From Ostreococcus lucimarinus (Eukaryota), in assembly GCA_000092065.1 (NCBI GenBank), contig CP000586.1: 64,000 bases of DNA, one strand, 5' to 3'. Both the position numbers and the translations under genes were made by a program. This document shows, piece by piece, positions 38,600 to 49,401 of the stretch (position 1 is the first letter of the stretch; the number at the start of each line of letters is the position of its first letter). The notes beneath the pieces were generated by a model. It saw nothing but the letters and a program-made list of their open reading frames with translations. It did no database searches and was not told the origin of the DNA.

Positions 38600-40282
38600 C
38601 TACAGGGGACGGAACAAGCCAGCGAATGGCATGTCGGCCATCAACATCGCGTTTCTTTCCGAGAGAATTCCGTCGATTTCGTTGCGCAGGAGGTGGTCTT
38701 TTGCATTCTCCGCAGCTTTGTCATGTTGGCGCTGAAGGTACTTCATGACGCCGATGAACACACCTTCGCTCAAAGATGTTTTGTGCTCTTCGACGATTTC
38801 GTACAGAGCGTTAATGTGTTTTTTGTCTTCGTTTGCGACGGTATCAAGAGTTTCAAAGTAAATGATGAACTTCTCAACCTCGGTAAATGCGTTCTCTTCG
38901 TCGTTCTCAAGCATCTCCATAATCATTTCACCGTTGTCAACGGCTTCGATTAATTGTTCCTTCATCAAGCGAACAATGTCTGGATACTCTTTATAACCAT
39001 GCTCGACGACGTACTTGAGCATGTCCAGATTCAAATGATCTATGCAGCGATAGACGGTTTCCGGATAACCGGCGGGGGCGGCGGGGGTGAAAAACAAAAG
39101 ACCCCAATCCTCGTGGAGGGGTTGCACGAAAAGTGATTCAGGCAAGTCAAGCTCGAGCGAGAGCTCGACTGCAGTGCTCATTACTGCAGTTCTCATCTTT
39201 GGATCCGGGTGGTTAAGTCCCAGCCTGTCTCTATGAAGATGAAGATAGCGAAACATGAACCATCTTTCGAGGATGTCGCGATCGAGATCATCGTAACTTT
39301 GTTTGTTAATGTAGATTGAATCGTGCAGTGCGCGCATCGATTCAAACAAATGAAACAGAAAGGCGTCACCATGAGTCGCCACTGGAGAGTCGACTCGTCC
39401 CCAATGCGTTCGTTCGCGCAACCAATCCAGAAATTTGATGCGCGGGTCTATCTTCATAAGTTGTGCAAACTTCTCCGCGAGATACGTCGGACTTCCTTCG
39501 AGTTTTAGAGCCCCTTCGAAAACAATGTTTCGTCGTTTGTTCATCGCTTGCATATTTGGTCGTGTGAGCACCATCATGAACAAAAGTTCCGCGTCGGCCC
39601 GCCGATATTGAGGTGCATGGTTCACAAGTTCATCATACAACACCTTGAACAACTCGAACCTATCGTACCAATACGCGAGCCAACACGCCTCGAGGCGCGT
39701 TACGTAACCAGGTGCAAAACTCTTAAGTCCATGTTCTTTGATGGATGCTTCCAACCAAACAGGACGCCGCATATCTGCCTTGTTCTCGCCAACCCATGCC
39801 ACTATTTTTCTCATCGTTTCATCGTCGACGTGACGTTTCTCATACATCAATCGCCGCAACGCACTAGCCCACATCTCTCGTTTCGTTAGCAACGGTTTGC
39901 CCTTCAACTTACGCTTCACACATGACGCGCACTCCGCGACCAGCGCCGCCGCGAGCGTCTTACATTTCGTCTTGCCCAACTTATCCGCGCCTTCCTTTGT
40001 CAGCCGCGTGCACGGCGGCCGCTGCTCCGTCGACGACGACGCTCCAGTCTGCTTTACACCCTTGGACGCAGACGTCGACGCTTTAGTCGTCTTCGCCGCG
40101 TCTTCACCTCGTCGTGCGTTCGATTTCTTCGGCGGCGGCACATTTAAGATCGGATCGTGGTCTACGCTGAGCCCGTTGAGTCCTCTTCGCGCCATCAAGG
40201 CTTGGATGACACGAAGCGTGCACTCCCTGCAGTCGCACATCGGCTGATACATGCCCTCGCCCGCGCCAGGTCGTCCGGACAT
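38600..40282 (-). CDS. Unknown-family protein B, tandem paralog of A: basic N-terminus, Cys motifs (MCDCRECTL; CKTLAAALVAECASCVKRK), large helical domain, 560 aa
   Basis: The track ORF 38600..40693 starts at GTG and would overlap the Piezo stop. In-frame ATGs at 40282, 40252 and 40240 were confirmed. C-terminal similarity to A (VMKYLQRQHDK vs IMQFLKRLHDE; INALYEIVEEHKTSL vs LHVILQLFEAHKETF). Confidence 0.6.
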   Translation of the reverse strand: MSGRPGAGEGMYQPMCDCRECTLRVIQALMARRGLNGLSVDHDPILNVPPPKKSNARRGEDAAKTTKASTSASKGVKQTGASSSTEQRPPCTRLTKEGADKLGKTKCKTLAAALVAECASCVKRKLKGKPLLTKREMWASALRRLMYEKRHVDDETMRKIVAWVGENKADMRRPVWLEASIKEHGLKSFAPGYVTRLEACWLAYWYDRFELFKVLYDELVNHAPQYRRADAELLFMMVLTRPNMQAMNKRRNIVFEGALKLEGSPTYLAEKFAQLMKIDPRIKFLDWLRERTHWGRVDSPVATHGDAFLFHLFESMRALHDSIYINKQSYDDLDRDILERWFMFRYLHLHRDRLGLNHPDPKMRTAVMSTAVELSLELDLPESLFVQPLHEDWGLLFFTPAAPAGYPETVYRCIDHLNLDMLKYVVEHGYKEYPDIVRLMKEQLIEAVDNGEMIMEMLENDEENAFTEVEKFIIYFETLDTVANEDKKHINALYEIVEEHKTSLSEGVFIGVMKYLQRQHDKAAENAKDHLLRNEIDGILSERNAMLMADMPFAGLFRPL

Positions 40283-40533
40283 CGACCTTGTTCGTTGCCA
40301 CGAGCCACGGCGCGCGAGGCGCGAGACGCGAGGCGCGACGTGACGGGGGGGTGCACGAGCGTTTCTGAGGAGTTGGCGACGAGACTGGACGGCGTCGCCG
40401 CGGCGCGGCGACCTTTCGTGCGTCGTGCGATCGGTAGATTGGTGTTGGCTAATGAAATAATCTATATTTACATGTGCTACAGTGCTACAGGGTGATGACG
40501 AAGATCCGTCGAACGCGCACGCAGGGCGCGCGC

Positions 40534-43500
40534 TCAAGACGTCTTCGGACGCAGGGGCATCGCGCTGCCATCCGACGTTCGAGTAAACTCGAACAGCACG
40601 GCTGGAGAACGGTAGATACGGATGAGAAGCCAATAAAGACGCTCCTCGAGAACAAAATCTCTCACTTGACGCGCGCTGTAAATATCGCTGCACAGCGAGA
40701 TGAGACGGTGCGTTGATGGCAAATCGACGTGCTGGATGCTGCCGACGAGATTGTTGGTGAAGCCTCGAACGATGGACGCCAAAGTTAAGATGTAGACGAC
40801 GTACACGCCCGTCAGACCACCAACAAATTGACTGAACGTCGCAAAAACGCCGGTCGGTACTTCGGATGAGATCAACACGATCTCAGGACCGTTCTCAAAC
40901 GCACTGCAGGGTCGCCACCAATCCAAACTCTGTCGATTCTCTTCCGAGGCTGCGAGGGGAACGACGTATGTTCCGCAATCGACGGACCACCACGGTGAGG
41001 TCGTGTTGTACCCATTCAGGGCAAGCGTGCAACTTATACTTTGTTGACTCGAATAATTCGGCACGGGCGAACCTTTGCCGTGCAAGTGCCAAACTCGCGG
41101 GTAAATGTTTTCCAAGAAGACATTGTTTTGTTCGCCGTTGAGCACTCTGATAAGCGCGGCGGCTTCGTCTTCTGCAAAGGTGTAGTCGACGCCTTCTGAA
41201 TATAAAATAGGATTATCCAGCGGTAAATGACGTTTAAACATCCAACCCGTGGTTAGTTTTGCACCACTTGAGAGAGACTTCTTCAAAGCCTCGATAGAAG
41301 GTGGAGGGGGCGACCAGACGGTGTCGCTGTCTTTCGCCAAACACGCCTCCTGTATTTGTCCAGGCTTGTTTATCATTGGTATCGGTCCATCCGTGCGAAG
41401 AGTCGACCACGGCATCGTTTCAATCGTTTTTCTGAATCCGCCTTCAAAGATTGGATACTTGAAGGTGTTTTCTGCTCCAATCAAGCTCATGTTGAACCGA
41501 ATATCGTAGACTGGATTGATGTCGACTTGTGGGTTTGATGTGCTGAATACGAAGAACGGCACGACCAACAGACTGAAAATGATCGTAAAAAGACCACCAC
41601 CCTCGAGGAAAACTTTTTTCCACCATGGTTGGGGTTGACCGAACGGATGATACTTTCTATAAGTGTTATTCCGGACGTTGATTCTGAACAAGTCACGCGA
41701 GATGTTCTCAAGCTTCAACCAGTCGTAAAGATCCAGGGCGCTGTCCGTGCAAGCATATTCGAGCAACACGCGTAATTCGTACATGAACGGAATCGAAAAG
41801 TACGCCATGAAAGCTCCAAAAGAAATAATATCAGAACGCTGGAAGATCAAGCTGTTCGTGAATACTTCAGCTGGGAACCCACAGCGTATTTGTCGCGCTC
41901 CGAGAGTGAACGACAACGACTTAAGGAGGAAAAAGAATTGCAAATACGAGTGACGTGCCGTCGTGTTCTGGTGGAAAATCATCAACAAAAATCCAACAAA
42001 TCCAGCATACGTCAAGTAGTGGTAGAAAACTTTGGCAATCTTTGCTTTTTTCATGTAAATCACTCCATCAACGACGATGAGTACCAAGCAAATGAAGACG
42101 GATACGACGTAGTCAATTTTGAACAAACCTTGATAGTATGTCTCCACCAATGCCTCTGCATCTGAGTCCACCGTGTTTTGATAGCAAATCGCCACGAAGA
42201 ATGTTGCGAGGATGTCGAAACAAAGCGTCGCGGTGTAAAAGTCCTGACCTTCTTGGTGGAAACCACGAACAGACGTGAGGCCAAGCGGGGCTACATCTGA
42301 GCCGCCAGCAGCTTCTCTGAGTTGCATCGCCTCAAGCGCTTTACTCGCCTCCGCACTAGGACGAAGGACGGAAACTGGGGCTATAACGCGGAATATTGCG
42401 GCACGATGTCCCGGGCTCGTTCGTAGACTATCGGTGTCTACTTGCACAAACTCGAGCGTGTAGTACGAAAGCGGTAGTTTTGAGCCACCTTCAGAAATCG
42501 TCTGGTGATTAATGAGTGCGTCGTTCACTCGGGCGACAATTTCATCCCAATCTGGCTCTGCATCTTCCTGTGCGAGGACTGAAAGCGCTACGAATGACGG
42601 ACCATACTCAGCTTCCGGAGTTAAGATTCGTTGGAAGAAATTATCCATTTCTGCTAGCAATCCTCGAGAGACTTCGATGTGGAAAGGTGAAGACTCAGAA
42701 TCGTCTTGGCGCGCGAAATTCATTTCAAATTCCGCAAAATGGACATTTTTAAACCTGGAAAACAGGGCGTTCGCGGCGAACAAGTCGCCGTTATTGCCCT
42801 CGTCACGCTCTTCGCGACGATGAATTTCATCTCTTGGTGTTTGCTGAGCGCTGTGGTGCACCGTGATGGCGATGTATGCCATGAACGCACCAATCATGGA
42901 AGGGACAAACGCACTACTGGCATCCTGGATACCGAACACGACTCCCGTATGAGCGCAGGCGGTCATACCCGAGCATTGCAAAGAACAAGGAATAGTAACA
43001 ACGTACGCAACGGCGAGCGATAATTCGGCGTACAAGAGAATCAATCGCCAAAATCCGGCAGGCACCACTGGATACGTCATCAGTCCGTATGCGATGATTG
43101 ACGTGGGAAAGACGAGAGCAGCGATGGAGAAATCGATGGCAAAAGCCAGTATCATGAAAAAATAGCACATTGAATACCGGGGTGCTGTCAACCACGGCCA
43201 TGCTTTCAAAAAGGCGCCAAATAATAAGCCAATTGTGGAGCTGCGATCACCAAGCCAGGTATGAAGTAAGGCTGTCAAATCCTTCTTCGGGTCATCCACA
43301 CTCGTGCGCATCTTCAGCTCGTGATCACGGAGTTGCGCTGCTCGCAAGTCCTGCCTTTCGGCGTTGTCTTCGTCTTCTCTGATCCATTCTTCATTGTTCT
43401 CATCGTCATCGCTGTCTCTGACGCCACGCCGACGGCGGATTGTATCACTTGGTGGCTTGCGGTCGCCCGTCGGTTTGCGACGAGTGCCTCGACTTTCCAC

Positions 43501-46500
43501 AGCGAGAATCTCTCGAGACAGACTTGTGATTTCGTTCCTGATGTCCTCTACTCTTTGACGACGATTTTCTTTCTCGCTCACCTTGGTCAAACAAGTTGCC
43601 AAACTTTCATGAATCCATCCCCGCTTCAACGCATCGTCGACAATGCGCTCCGCTTCAATGGACTGGCGACGCATAATCATCGCGGCTTTGTATGTGGGCT
43701 GAGTGATGATGCTTCTCAACAAGTGAACGATGGCAAAAATGACCAAATCCGGTGAAAGTTGACCAGACTGCCATCCGAGCACCGTGGGAAGCTTGTAAAA
43801 TCCAAAGCCTTGAAGTAGCGAACATTCAGACTCAACAGATACGTACCAGTCACCTAGTAAGCCTTCAAGCGGAGCTTGGTAAAGGAGAATCGCGCCGATG
43901 ACGGATACGTTGTACAGTTGCAAAATTCTCAAGCCCATCAGACTGTCCATACTCAAAGAATCGCGCGTACGGAGAAAATAGAATGGCAAAATCAAATAGC
44001 CAACGTGCATGAGATCTCGCGAAAAAGTGCCAAAGAAAATCACCATGACCAATGCCCAGTCAACTGCGTATCGCAAGTAAAAGTATCGCATCCATTCAAG
44101 GATGGTCCAATTTGTACTTGCTTCCCAGGTAAGCGGTGCGAATAAGATGTCAAAGTACGACGTCTCCTGCGTTTCCGGCGGGAGCAAAGCAACTTGTGTC
44201 GGTGTTTGCCTCGGTACCATCGTGGCGATCAACTCTGAAATCATAGCTTCATCTAACTCCGCGCCTTCTGCTTGCGTCGCCTCTATCGTCATTCGCGCGC
44301 GCTCTTCCAGAGCTGCTAAAATGGCATCCATCCTCAGTTGGCAAGCGGCGATAAAGAAAGCGCTAAAATAGCCAAACAGCATCATTTTGCTGCATGGGTA
44401 AACGGCAAGCCACTGTCTAGTCTCTCGTGAAAGCCGCATTTGTTCGCTCGCAGTGGAGAGGAGTGCCCGTGCAAACGACGGCGATGGTGGAGGAGACGGC
44501 GGAACGTCATCCACGCGGTTTTGCACGATATCAATCGAGACAACGTACTGCCATAGGACTATCAAGGCGCAGATCGCCGTAGTAAAGCGCCATAAGAGCA
44601 AGCGGTCACGCGGCGTGGACCCAAGCTTACTGTTAATCAACTTGAAAGTTACCCCTAAGTAGACGAGAGACAGCATGTTTGTAGACGCGATTCCGACAAT
44701 CGCAAAGACTACGTACAACAAACCTGGCATGAGATTCGCCATCATGCCTTCAATCATTTCAGGAACGATGGAAAGGAGCATAATCATCTGTCCCAGATTC
44801 GTTTGTGCATTTTCTCTCACTCGCTTAGTGAATTCGCGACGTGCCTCATCGCTCGCCGCACTTTCGCCTTCATCCGCGATGTCGGACGTGCTCTCCGAGA
44901 TTTCAGACATTGCTTTGTCATCTAAGTCGTCCATTTCCTTGCTTGCATCGGTGTTTTCCGTTTTTCGTTGAACAAGCATCGCTCGTGCGTCGCGTTGCGG
45001 CCAGAAGAGGTGACAAGGTTCAGGAGAACATCCAGATTTCAACGCCGGTGGTAGTTTCCTCAACCAGAAGCGTGTCGCCTTGGTCAACTCAACGGAAAGT
45101 ATCACCAGCACCGGATAGCGAAGCATGGATTCATTCTCTGGTATGAAATCACTCGGCGATTCTGGCCACTTATGCGCACCCAAGAGAGTCAAAATACCCC
45201 AATGTTGTCCCGCTTGAGTGTATTGAATCTTATAGGCGTAATCGATGATGGCAGAAATGAGTGCAACTGTACCAACCAGTTCGGTGGGACCATCGCTCGT
45301 TTTCATCGACAACGTCGCTGCGATGAGTGCTGCGAGCATCAATAATCCGAGCAAATCTCGGCGCTCGAGACTAAACAAGATTGCACAGAGGGTAACGATT
45401 TTATTTGTGTGCAAAATGATGGCTCGCTTCACAAGTGGCAGAAAGCCAAGCTCGGTTGCGGCCAACGGCAGACTTCGTCTCGCATCCACTGCATTGCTCA
45501 TCGTGAGCAATCCAATCTCGTGGAAATATGTTACGACGAGGAGAGTGCTCGGTCCGATCAATTCAGCCATGAGCTTGCCTGGCTCGACATTTTGCGCCAA
45601 CCCTACCGCGTTTGAGAGGAACGCCTTGAACTCGGTGGAGAATCCAAAAATTTCGTCGAGCGGGAAAGCGCCAAAGGCGTAACGACTCGCGAGATTGAAT
45701 AAACAGAACAACAGAACAGCGCGCCATCGACCGGACTCGGTTTCTTCTGAGTGCCGTTTAGCGATGCAATTCAATCCAAGGAGTACGAGAAGTGTCAAGT
45801 TTATCAGCGAACACTGCGACGTTTCGAGCGTCACCAGACCAACCAAGAGCACTAAATAAGCGCCAAAGCGCGTCATCAACTTCATGAGCACCAACGAGCA
45901 CTCGTACACTACGGCTTTACCCAAAGACACCAATGAGTTCAAGGTTCCCTGGCCAGGCGCACTATCTTCCTCAGTTTCCGGCGTCAGCGCGTTAAGGACC
46001 TTCTGCAGGTACAGCACGATGCAAATTACCACCAAAACGCAGGCGAAAGGTCCAGTCGTGTGAATCATGTTTGATTGCTCAAGGCCTAAAACACGCAATG
46101 TCGTCGCCCACTTCGTGTGGTACACATTGAATATATTAACGTGTTCATTCATCGCCCACAGATACAACGCCGCAACAAAGCCAGCGAGTGTTTGTGCCGT
46201 CAGATGCAATACCGTCCGGTCTCCCGGTTTGAGGATATTGAACAAGAATGCCAATAGCAATGCGGCGTGGAGTAAATCGGCTCGCGATAGAGCCACAATC
46301 CACAGTGCGAAGGGCACCAAGAGGTGTGAGATCAACTGAACTAAAGGCAAATCCCACATCAAGCGACTGTCGTCGACGGCCGGGTTATGCTCAATCTCAA
46401 GGTCATCTAATGGTACAAAATCCACAATGACACCATCCTGCACTCTTTGTTCCAGAACGTCATCCGTCGGGGTACTCTTGGCGTTCTTTGTGAGCCAACC

Positions 46501-47652
46501 GACAAAGGTGAGCGTGGCTACTAAACTGCCCATATAACACGCGTTAATGCCCGATTGCTCGCCGTTGTGCGCTGGCGATGCACCGAATATTTGTAGCAAA
46601 ACTCTTACTTTGCCGTTCATGGATGACATCATCACTGGTGGAATGCAAAGCAGGGCGTACTCTCCAACGCTCCAAAGCGCGACGTAGGCGAAAATCACCG
46701 GACCGTGCACGTTCGCAAACGTCGTGTGACGCGTTGGGTTCACGACGAGAATCAATCCTAGCAAAAGCATGGGGTACGCAATTACGTTAACGACGAGTAA
46801 TGACGTCGCGAGTAACGTAAAGCCAGCCAAGACGCCGCCAAATCGAGCCAGCAAGCGGGCGACTGTTCCCGCGTCATCGTAGGTGTCCACGACGTCTGCA
46901 TCTGAAGCTGACTCCCCCTCCATCAAAGGCGCTCTAATACCTTCACCGTCTGCGGTATCGTAATCGCTGTCGTGTGACTCCACCGCACACAGCGCCATGA
47001 ATAGCCCGCCGATAGCGATGATTTGCGTCAAACGCAACAATCGCGCCACCGGCCCTTCCGTCCTATCCATCGAATACAACCCAAGCAACTGCGCCGAAGA
47101 CTCTCGCGCCGCGTCTTGCAACTCCGGTAACTGATACATGTAAATTGCCATGAAATGAATCGCGGTGTAGCACAAGCACGCCACCGTGGCCCTTCGCGGA
47201 AGATTTAATAAACTCTCGCGCGCACCTTGAAATTTGCCACCGACGCCGCGCCGCATCTCAGTTGCGAAATACGACACCACGAATAATAAATACATCATCG
47301 ACGACAGTGAAGGCACTGTCACCGCCGCTAACGCCGCCGTACACACCGTCACGCGCATCACCGTCTCCTTATCGCTCACTGTCGTCGCAAACGCCCCTTC
47401 CGCGTCGCCGCCGTCGAGCGCGCTCGCGCGCTCGCTCGCCCCATCCACGTACAGCTTACTTCCTCCCGCGAGCGCGATCCCGAAATAAGGCACAAAGAAC
47501 AGCACGTAGTCTATGATGCCATCCAATCTTCCGAACCCTAAATACCGCAGCGCGTCCGCTTGCCATGGATTCCTCGGCCACGCCGCTCCGAAACCGACGT
47601 AACACGCCTGCGTCGCGCAATTCCCCAACAGCACGAACGCACACAGCCCCAT
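40534..47652 (-). CDS. PIEZO: Piezo-type mechanosensitive ion channel homolog, 2372 aa from the first ATG
   Basis: Dozens of predicted transmembrane helices. The C-terminal region is collinear with the human Piezo1 pore/cap module (PFMYELRVLLEYACTDSALDLYDWLKLENI vs PFLFELRAVMDWVWTDTTLSL; C-terminus ..VRGFTNNLVGSIQHVDLPSTHRLISLCSDIYSARQVRDFVLEERLYWLLIRIYRSPAVLFEFTR vs [65 protein letters not shown]). The track start 47742 is TTG. The first ATG is at 47652. Confidence 0.85.
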   Translation of the reverse strand: MGLCAFVLLGNCATQACYVGFGAAWPRNPWQADALRYLGFGRLDGIIDYVLFFVPYFGIALAGGSKLYVDGASERASALDGGDAEGAFATTVSDKETVMRVTVCTAALAAVTVPSLSSMMYLLFVVSYFATEMRRGVGGKFQGARESLLNLPRRATVACLCYTAIHFMAIYMYQLPELQDAARESSAQLLGLYSMDRTEGPVARLLRLTQIIAIGGLFMALCAVESHDSDYDTADGEGIRAPLMEGESASDADVVDTYDDAGTVARLLARFGGVLAGFTLLATSLLVVNVIAYPMLLLGLILVVNPTRHTTFANVHGPVIFAYVALWSVGEYALLCIPPVMMSSMNGKVRVLLQIFGASPAHNGEQSGINACYMGSLVATLTFVGWLTKNAKSTPTDDVLEQRVQDGVIVDFVPLDDLEIEHNPAVDDSRLMWDLPLVQLISHLLVPFALWIVALSRADLLHAALLLAFLFNILKPGDRTVLHLTAQTLAGFVAALYLWAMNEHVNIFNVYHTKWATTLRVLGLEQSNMIHTTGPFACVLVVICIVLYLQKVLNALTPETEEDSAPGQGTLNSLVSLGKAVVYECSLVLMKLMTRFGAYLVLLVGLVTLETSQCSLINLTLLVLLGLNCIAKRHSEETESGRWRAVLLFCLFNLASRYAFGAFPLDEIFGFSTEFKAFLSNAVGLAQNVEPGKLMAELIGPSTLLVVTYFHEIGLLTMSNAVDARRSLPLAATELGFLPLVKRAIILHTNKIVTLCAILFSLERRDLLGLLMLAALIAATLSMKTSDGPTELVGTVALISAIIDYAYKIQYTQAGQHWGILTLLGAHKWPESPSDFIPENESMLRYPVLVILSVELTKATRFWLRKLPPALKSGCSPEPCHLFWPQRDARAMLVQRKTENTDASKEMDDLDDKAMSEISESTSDIADEGESAASDEARREFTKRVRENAQTNLGQMIMLLSIVPEMIEGMMANLMPGLLYVVFAIVGIASTNMLSLVYLGVTFKLINSKLGSTPRDRLLLWRFTTAICALIVLWQYVVSIDIVQNRVDDVPPSPPPSPSFARALLSTASEQMRLSRETRQWLAVYPCSKMMLFGYFSAFFIAACQLRMDAILAALEERARMTIEATQAEGAELDEAMISELIATMVPRQTPTQVALLPPETQETSYFDILFAPLTWEASTNWTILEWMRYFYLRYAVDWALVMVIFFGTFSRDLMHVGYLILPFYFLRTRDSLSMDSLMGLRILQLYNVSVIGAILLYQAPLEGLLGDWYVSVESECSLLQGFGFYKLPTVLGWQSGQLSPDLVIFAIVHLLRSIITQPTYKAAMIMRRQSIEAERIVDDALKRGWIHESLATCLTKVSEKENRRQRVEDIRNEITSLSREILAVESRGTRRKPTGDRKPPSDTIRRRRGVRDSDDDENNEEWIREDEDNAERQDLRAAQLRDHELKMRTSVDDPKKDLTALLHTWLGDRSSTIGLLFGAFLKAWPWLTAPRYSMCYFFMILAFAIDFSIAALVFPTSIIAYGLMTYPVVPAGFWRLILLYAELSLAVAYVVTIPCSLQCSGMTACAHTGVVFGIQDASSAFVPSMIGAFMAYIAITVHHSAQQTPRDEIHRREERDEGNNGDLFAANALFSRFKNVHFAEFEMNFARQDDSESSPFHIEVSRGLLAEMDNFFQRILTPEAEYGPSFVALSVLAQEDAEPDWDEIVARVNDALINHQTISEGGSKLPLSYYTLEFVQVDTDSLRTSPGHRAAIFRVIAPVSVLRPSAEASKALEAMQLREAAGGSDVAPLGLTSVRGFHQEGQDFYTATLCFDILATFFVAICYQNTVDSDAEALVETYYQGLFKIDYVVSVFICLVLIVVDGVIYMKKAKIAKVFYHYLTYAGFVGFLLMIFHQNTTARHSYLQFFFLLKSLSFTLGARQIRCGFPAEVFTNSLIFQRSDIISFGAFMAYFSIPFMYELRVLLEYACTDSALDLYDWLKLENISRDLFRINVRNNTYRKYHPFGQPQPWWKKVFLEGGGLFTIIFSLLVVPFFVFSTSNPQVDINPVYDIRFNMSLIGAENTFKYPIFEGGFRKTIETMPWSTLRTDGPIPMINKPGQIQEACLAKDSDTVWSPPPPSIEALKKSLSSGAKLTTGWMFKRHLPLDNPILYSEGVDYTFAEDEAAALIRVLNGEQNNVFLENIYPRVWHLHGKGSPVPNYSSQQSISCTLALNGYNTTSPWWSVDCGTYVVPLAASEENRQSLDWWRPCSAFENGPEIVLISSEVPTGVFATFSQFVGGLTGVYVVYILTLASIVRGFTNNLVGSIQHVDLPSTHRLISLCSDIYSARQVRDFVLEERLYWLLIRIYRSPAVLFEFTRTSDGSAMPLRPKTS

Positions 47653-47862
47653 CACCCCCCACCACACGTCTCTCTGCACCCGCGTCAGCGCGTGCGTATT
47701 CTTTCGTCCCTCGTGCACGCGTTCGATCGCGAACGCCGTCAAGAATCCAAAACTCTGTAATCGACATGGTGTTCACGATGATGGATTCGTCAGTCCGTCG
47801 TTTCGTCCGGTTTTCTCTCTCGCGCGCGCGTCGATTCGCGTCGGCGCGTCCACGCGCGCACC

Positions 47863-49329
47863 ATGATCGACGGTCGCTGTTCCGCGGCGTGTATGCTCAC
47901 GGCGACGACGAGCATGACGCTCGACATCGCCGCCATCGGGTCGACGCCCATGGCGCGTTGTGACGCGCTCGGCGCACACGCGCGCGCGCTCGACGGACAC
48001 GCGCCGTTCGCGCGCGGCGAAGCGGTCGACGCGAGGCGCGCGCCGATGCGCGCGTCGGCGTCGGCGGCGACGGCGGCGACGGCGCCGCGCGCGACCGCGA
48101 GGCGCGCGCGAATCGCGAACGCAAAGGCGCGCGGGACGACGACGACGACGCGCGCGTGCGTGAACTCGCCCGAGGGCGTGTTGGCGGCGCTGGTGTGCGT
48201 GGGGACGTGCGCGGGAGTGTTGGAGAAGCGCACGCGCGTCGGGGCGCGCGTGTCGGGGCCGGTGCTGGCGATGGCGAGCGCGAGCGCGCTGGCGAGCGCG
48301 AACGCGCTGCCGGGCGCGAGCGCGGCGTACGAGGCGGTGTGGACGACCGTCATGCCGAGTGGGGTGGTCTTAGCGTTGTTAGCGAGTGGGAAGGCGCTCG
48401 TGGGGAAGGGATGGACGGGGGCGGGTGAGGACGTGGCGAAGGCGTTCGTCGTCGGCGCGTGCGGCACCGTCGTCGGCACCGCGGCGGCGTTCGCGGCGTG
48501 CGGACGCGCACTCGGTACGCACGGAGCGAAGATCGCGGGGTGTTTGTGCGCGAGCTACATCGGTGGCAGCTTGAATTTTGCGGCGACGGCGCAGGCGTTG
48601 GACGTGGTGAACGCGGGAGGGAAGGCACTGTTGACTGGCGCGATGGCGGCGGACAATCTCGCGATGTGCGCGTATCTTGCGGCGCTCTTCGCAATTAAGA
48701 CTTCGGGGCCGAGTGAGGAAGAAAGATCGAGGGAGGTTGAGAGCGGCGAACGAGTTTTGAGTGGTGTCACGGCGGCGTCCGCATGCGCATCGCTCGCGAT
48801 GGCGTTGATTGTTTTGGAATTGTCGCGTCTCGTCGCCGCCGGATTCGGCGCGCCCAGTTTATCGCTGGGCGTCGCGTGCGTTTTGGCGCCCATCGTCTCG
48901 ATTTCGGCGAGCACGATCGCTCGGACGTCAAAATCTGAATCAAGGAATTTATCCAGTATTTTGGCGTTTTCTGGATCGCAACCGATGAGCGAGGCGCTCA
49001 TGCTCTTGTTTTTCGCTACGCTCGGCGCCATGGTGGATTTGCGCACAATTTTTGCGACGCTCTCGGGCGGCGCTATGTTGCCATTCATCGCGATTCTTCT
49101 CACAACACAACTTGTGTTCACTCTGCTTGTCGGTCACAAGTTATTGAAGATCCCATTGTGGGCCGTGCTCGTCGCGGCGAACGCGAATGTGGGCGGACCA
49201 GCGACCGCCGCAGCGATGGCCGCAGCGCGCGGATGGCGTCAAGCCTTTGCACCGGCGGTGGCCACGGGGATATTCGGTTATTCGATCGCGACTTTGATCG
49301 GCGTCGCGATAGGAATTTTTTTAGCGTAG
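47863..49329 (+). CDS. Polytopic membrane protein with a transit-peptide-like N-terminus (possibly DUF819/YjcL-like), 488 aa
   Basis: ATG at 47863 confirmed. After ~110 aa of Ala/Arg/Thr-rich leader there are about 10 hydrophobic helices. The DUF819 assignment is from memory and is tentative. Confidence 0.55.
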   Translation: MIDGRCSAACMLTATTSMTLDIAAIGSTPMARCDALGAHARALDGHAPFARGEAVDARRAPMRASASAATAATAPRATARRARIANAKARGTTTTTRACVNSPEGVLAALVCVGTCAGVLEKRTRVGARVSGPVLAMASASALASANALPGASAAYEAVWTTVMPSGVVLALLASGKALVGKGWTGAGEDVAKAFVVGACGTVVGTAAAFAACGRALGTHGAKIAGCLCASYIGGSLNFAATAQALDVVNAGGKALLTGAMAADNLAMCAYLAALFAIKTSGPSEEERSREVESGERVLSGVTAASACASLAMALIVLELSRLVAAGFGAPSLSLGVACVLAPIVSISASTIARTSKSESRNLSSILAFSGSQPMSEALMLLFFATLGAMVDLRTIFATLSGGAMLPFIAILLTTQLVFTLLVGHKLLKIPLWAVLVAANANVGGPATAAAMAAARGWRQAFAPAVATGIFGYSIATLIGVAIGIFLA

Positions 49330-49401
49330 TAGTGGGGCGTGTAATAGTTAGCATTAGTGTTCGTTCGTATTCAAACGGGATCTACTATACAGAGGATTAA
49401 T

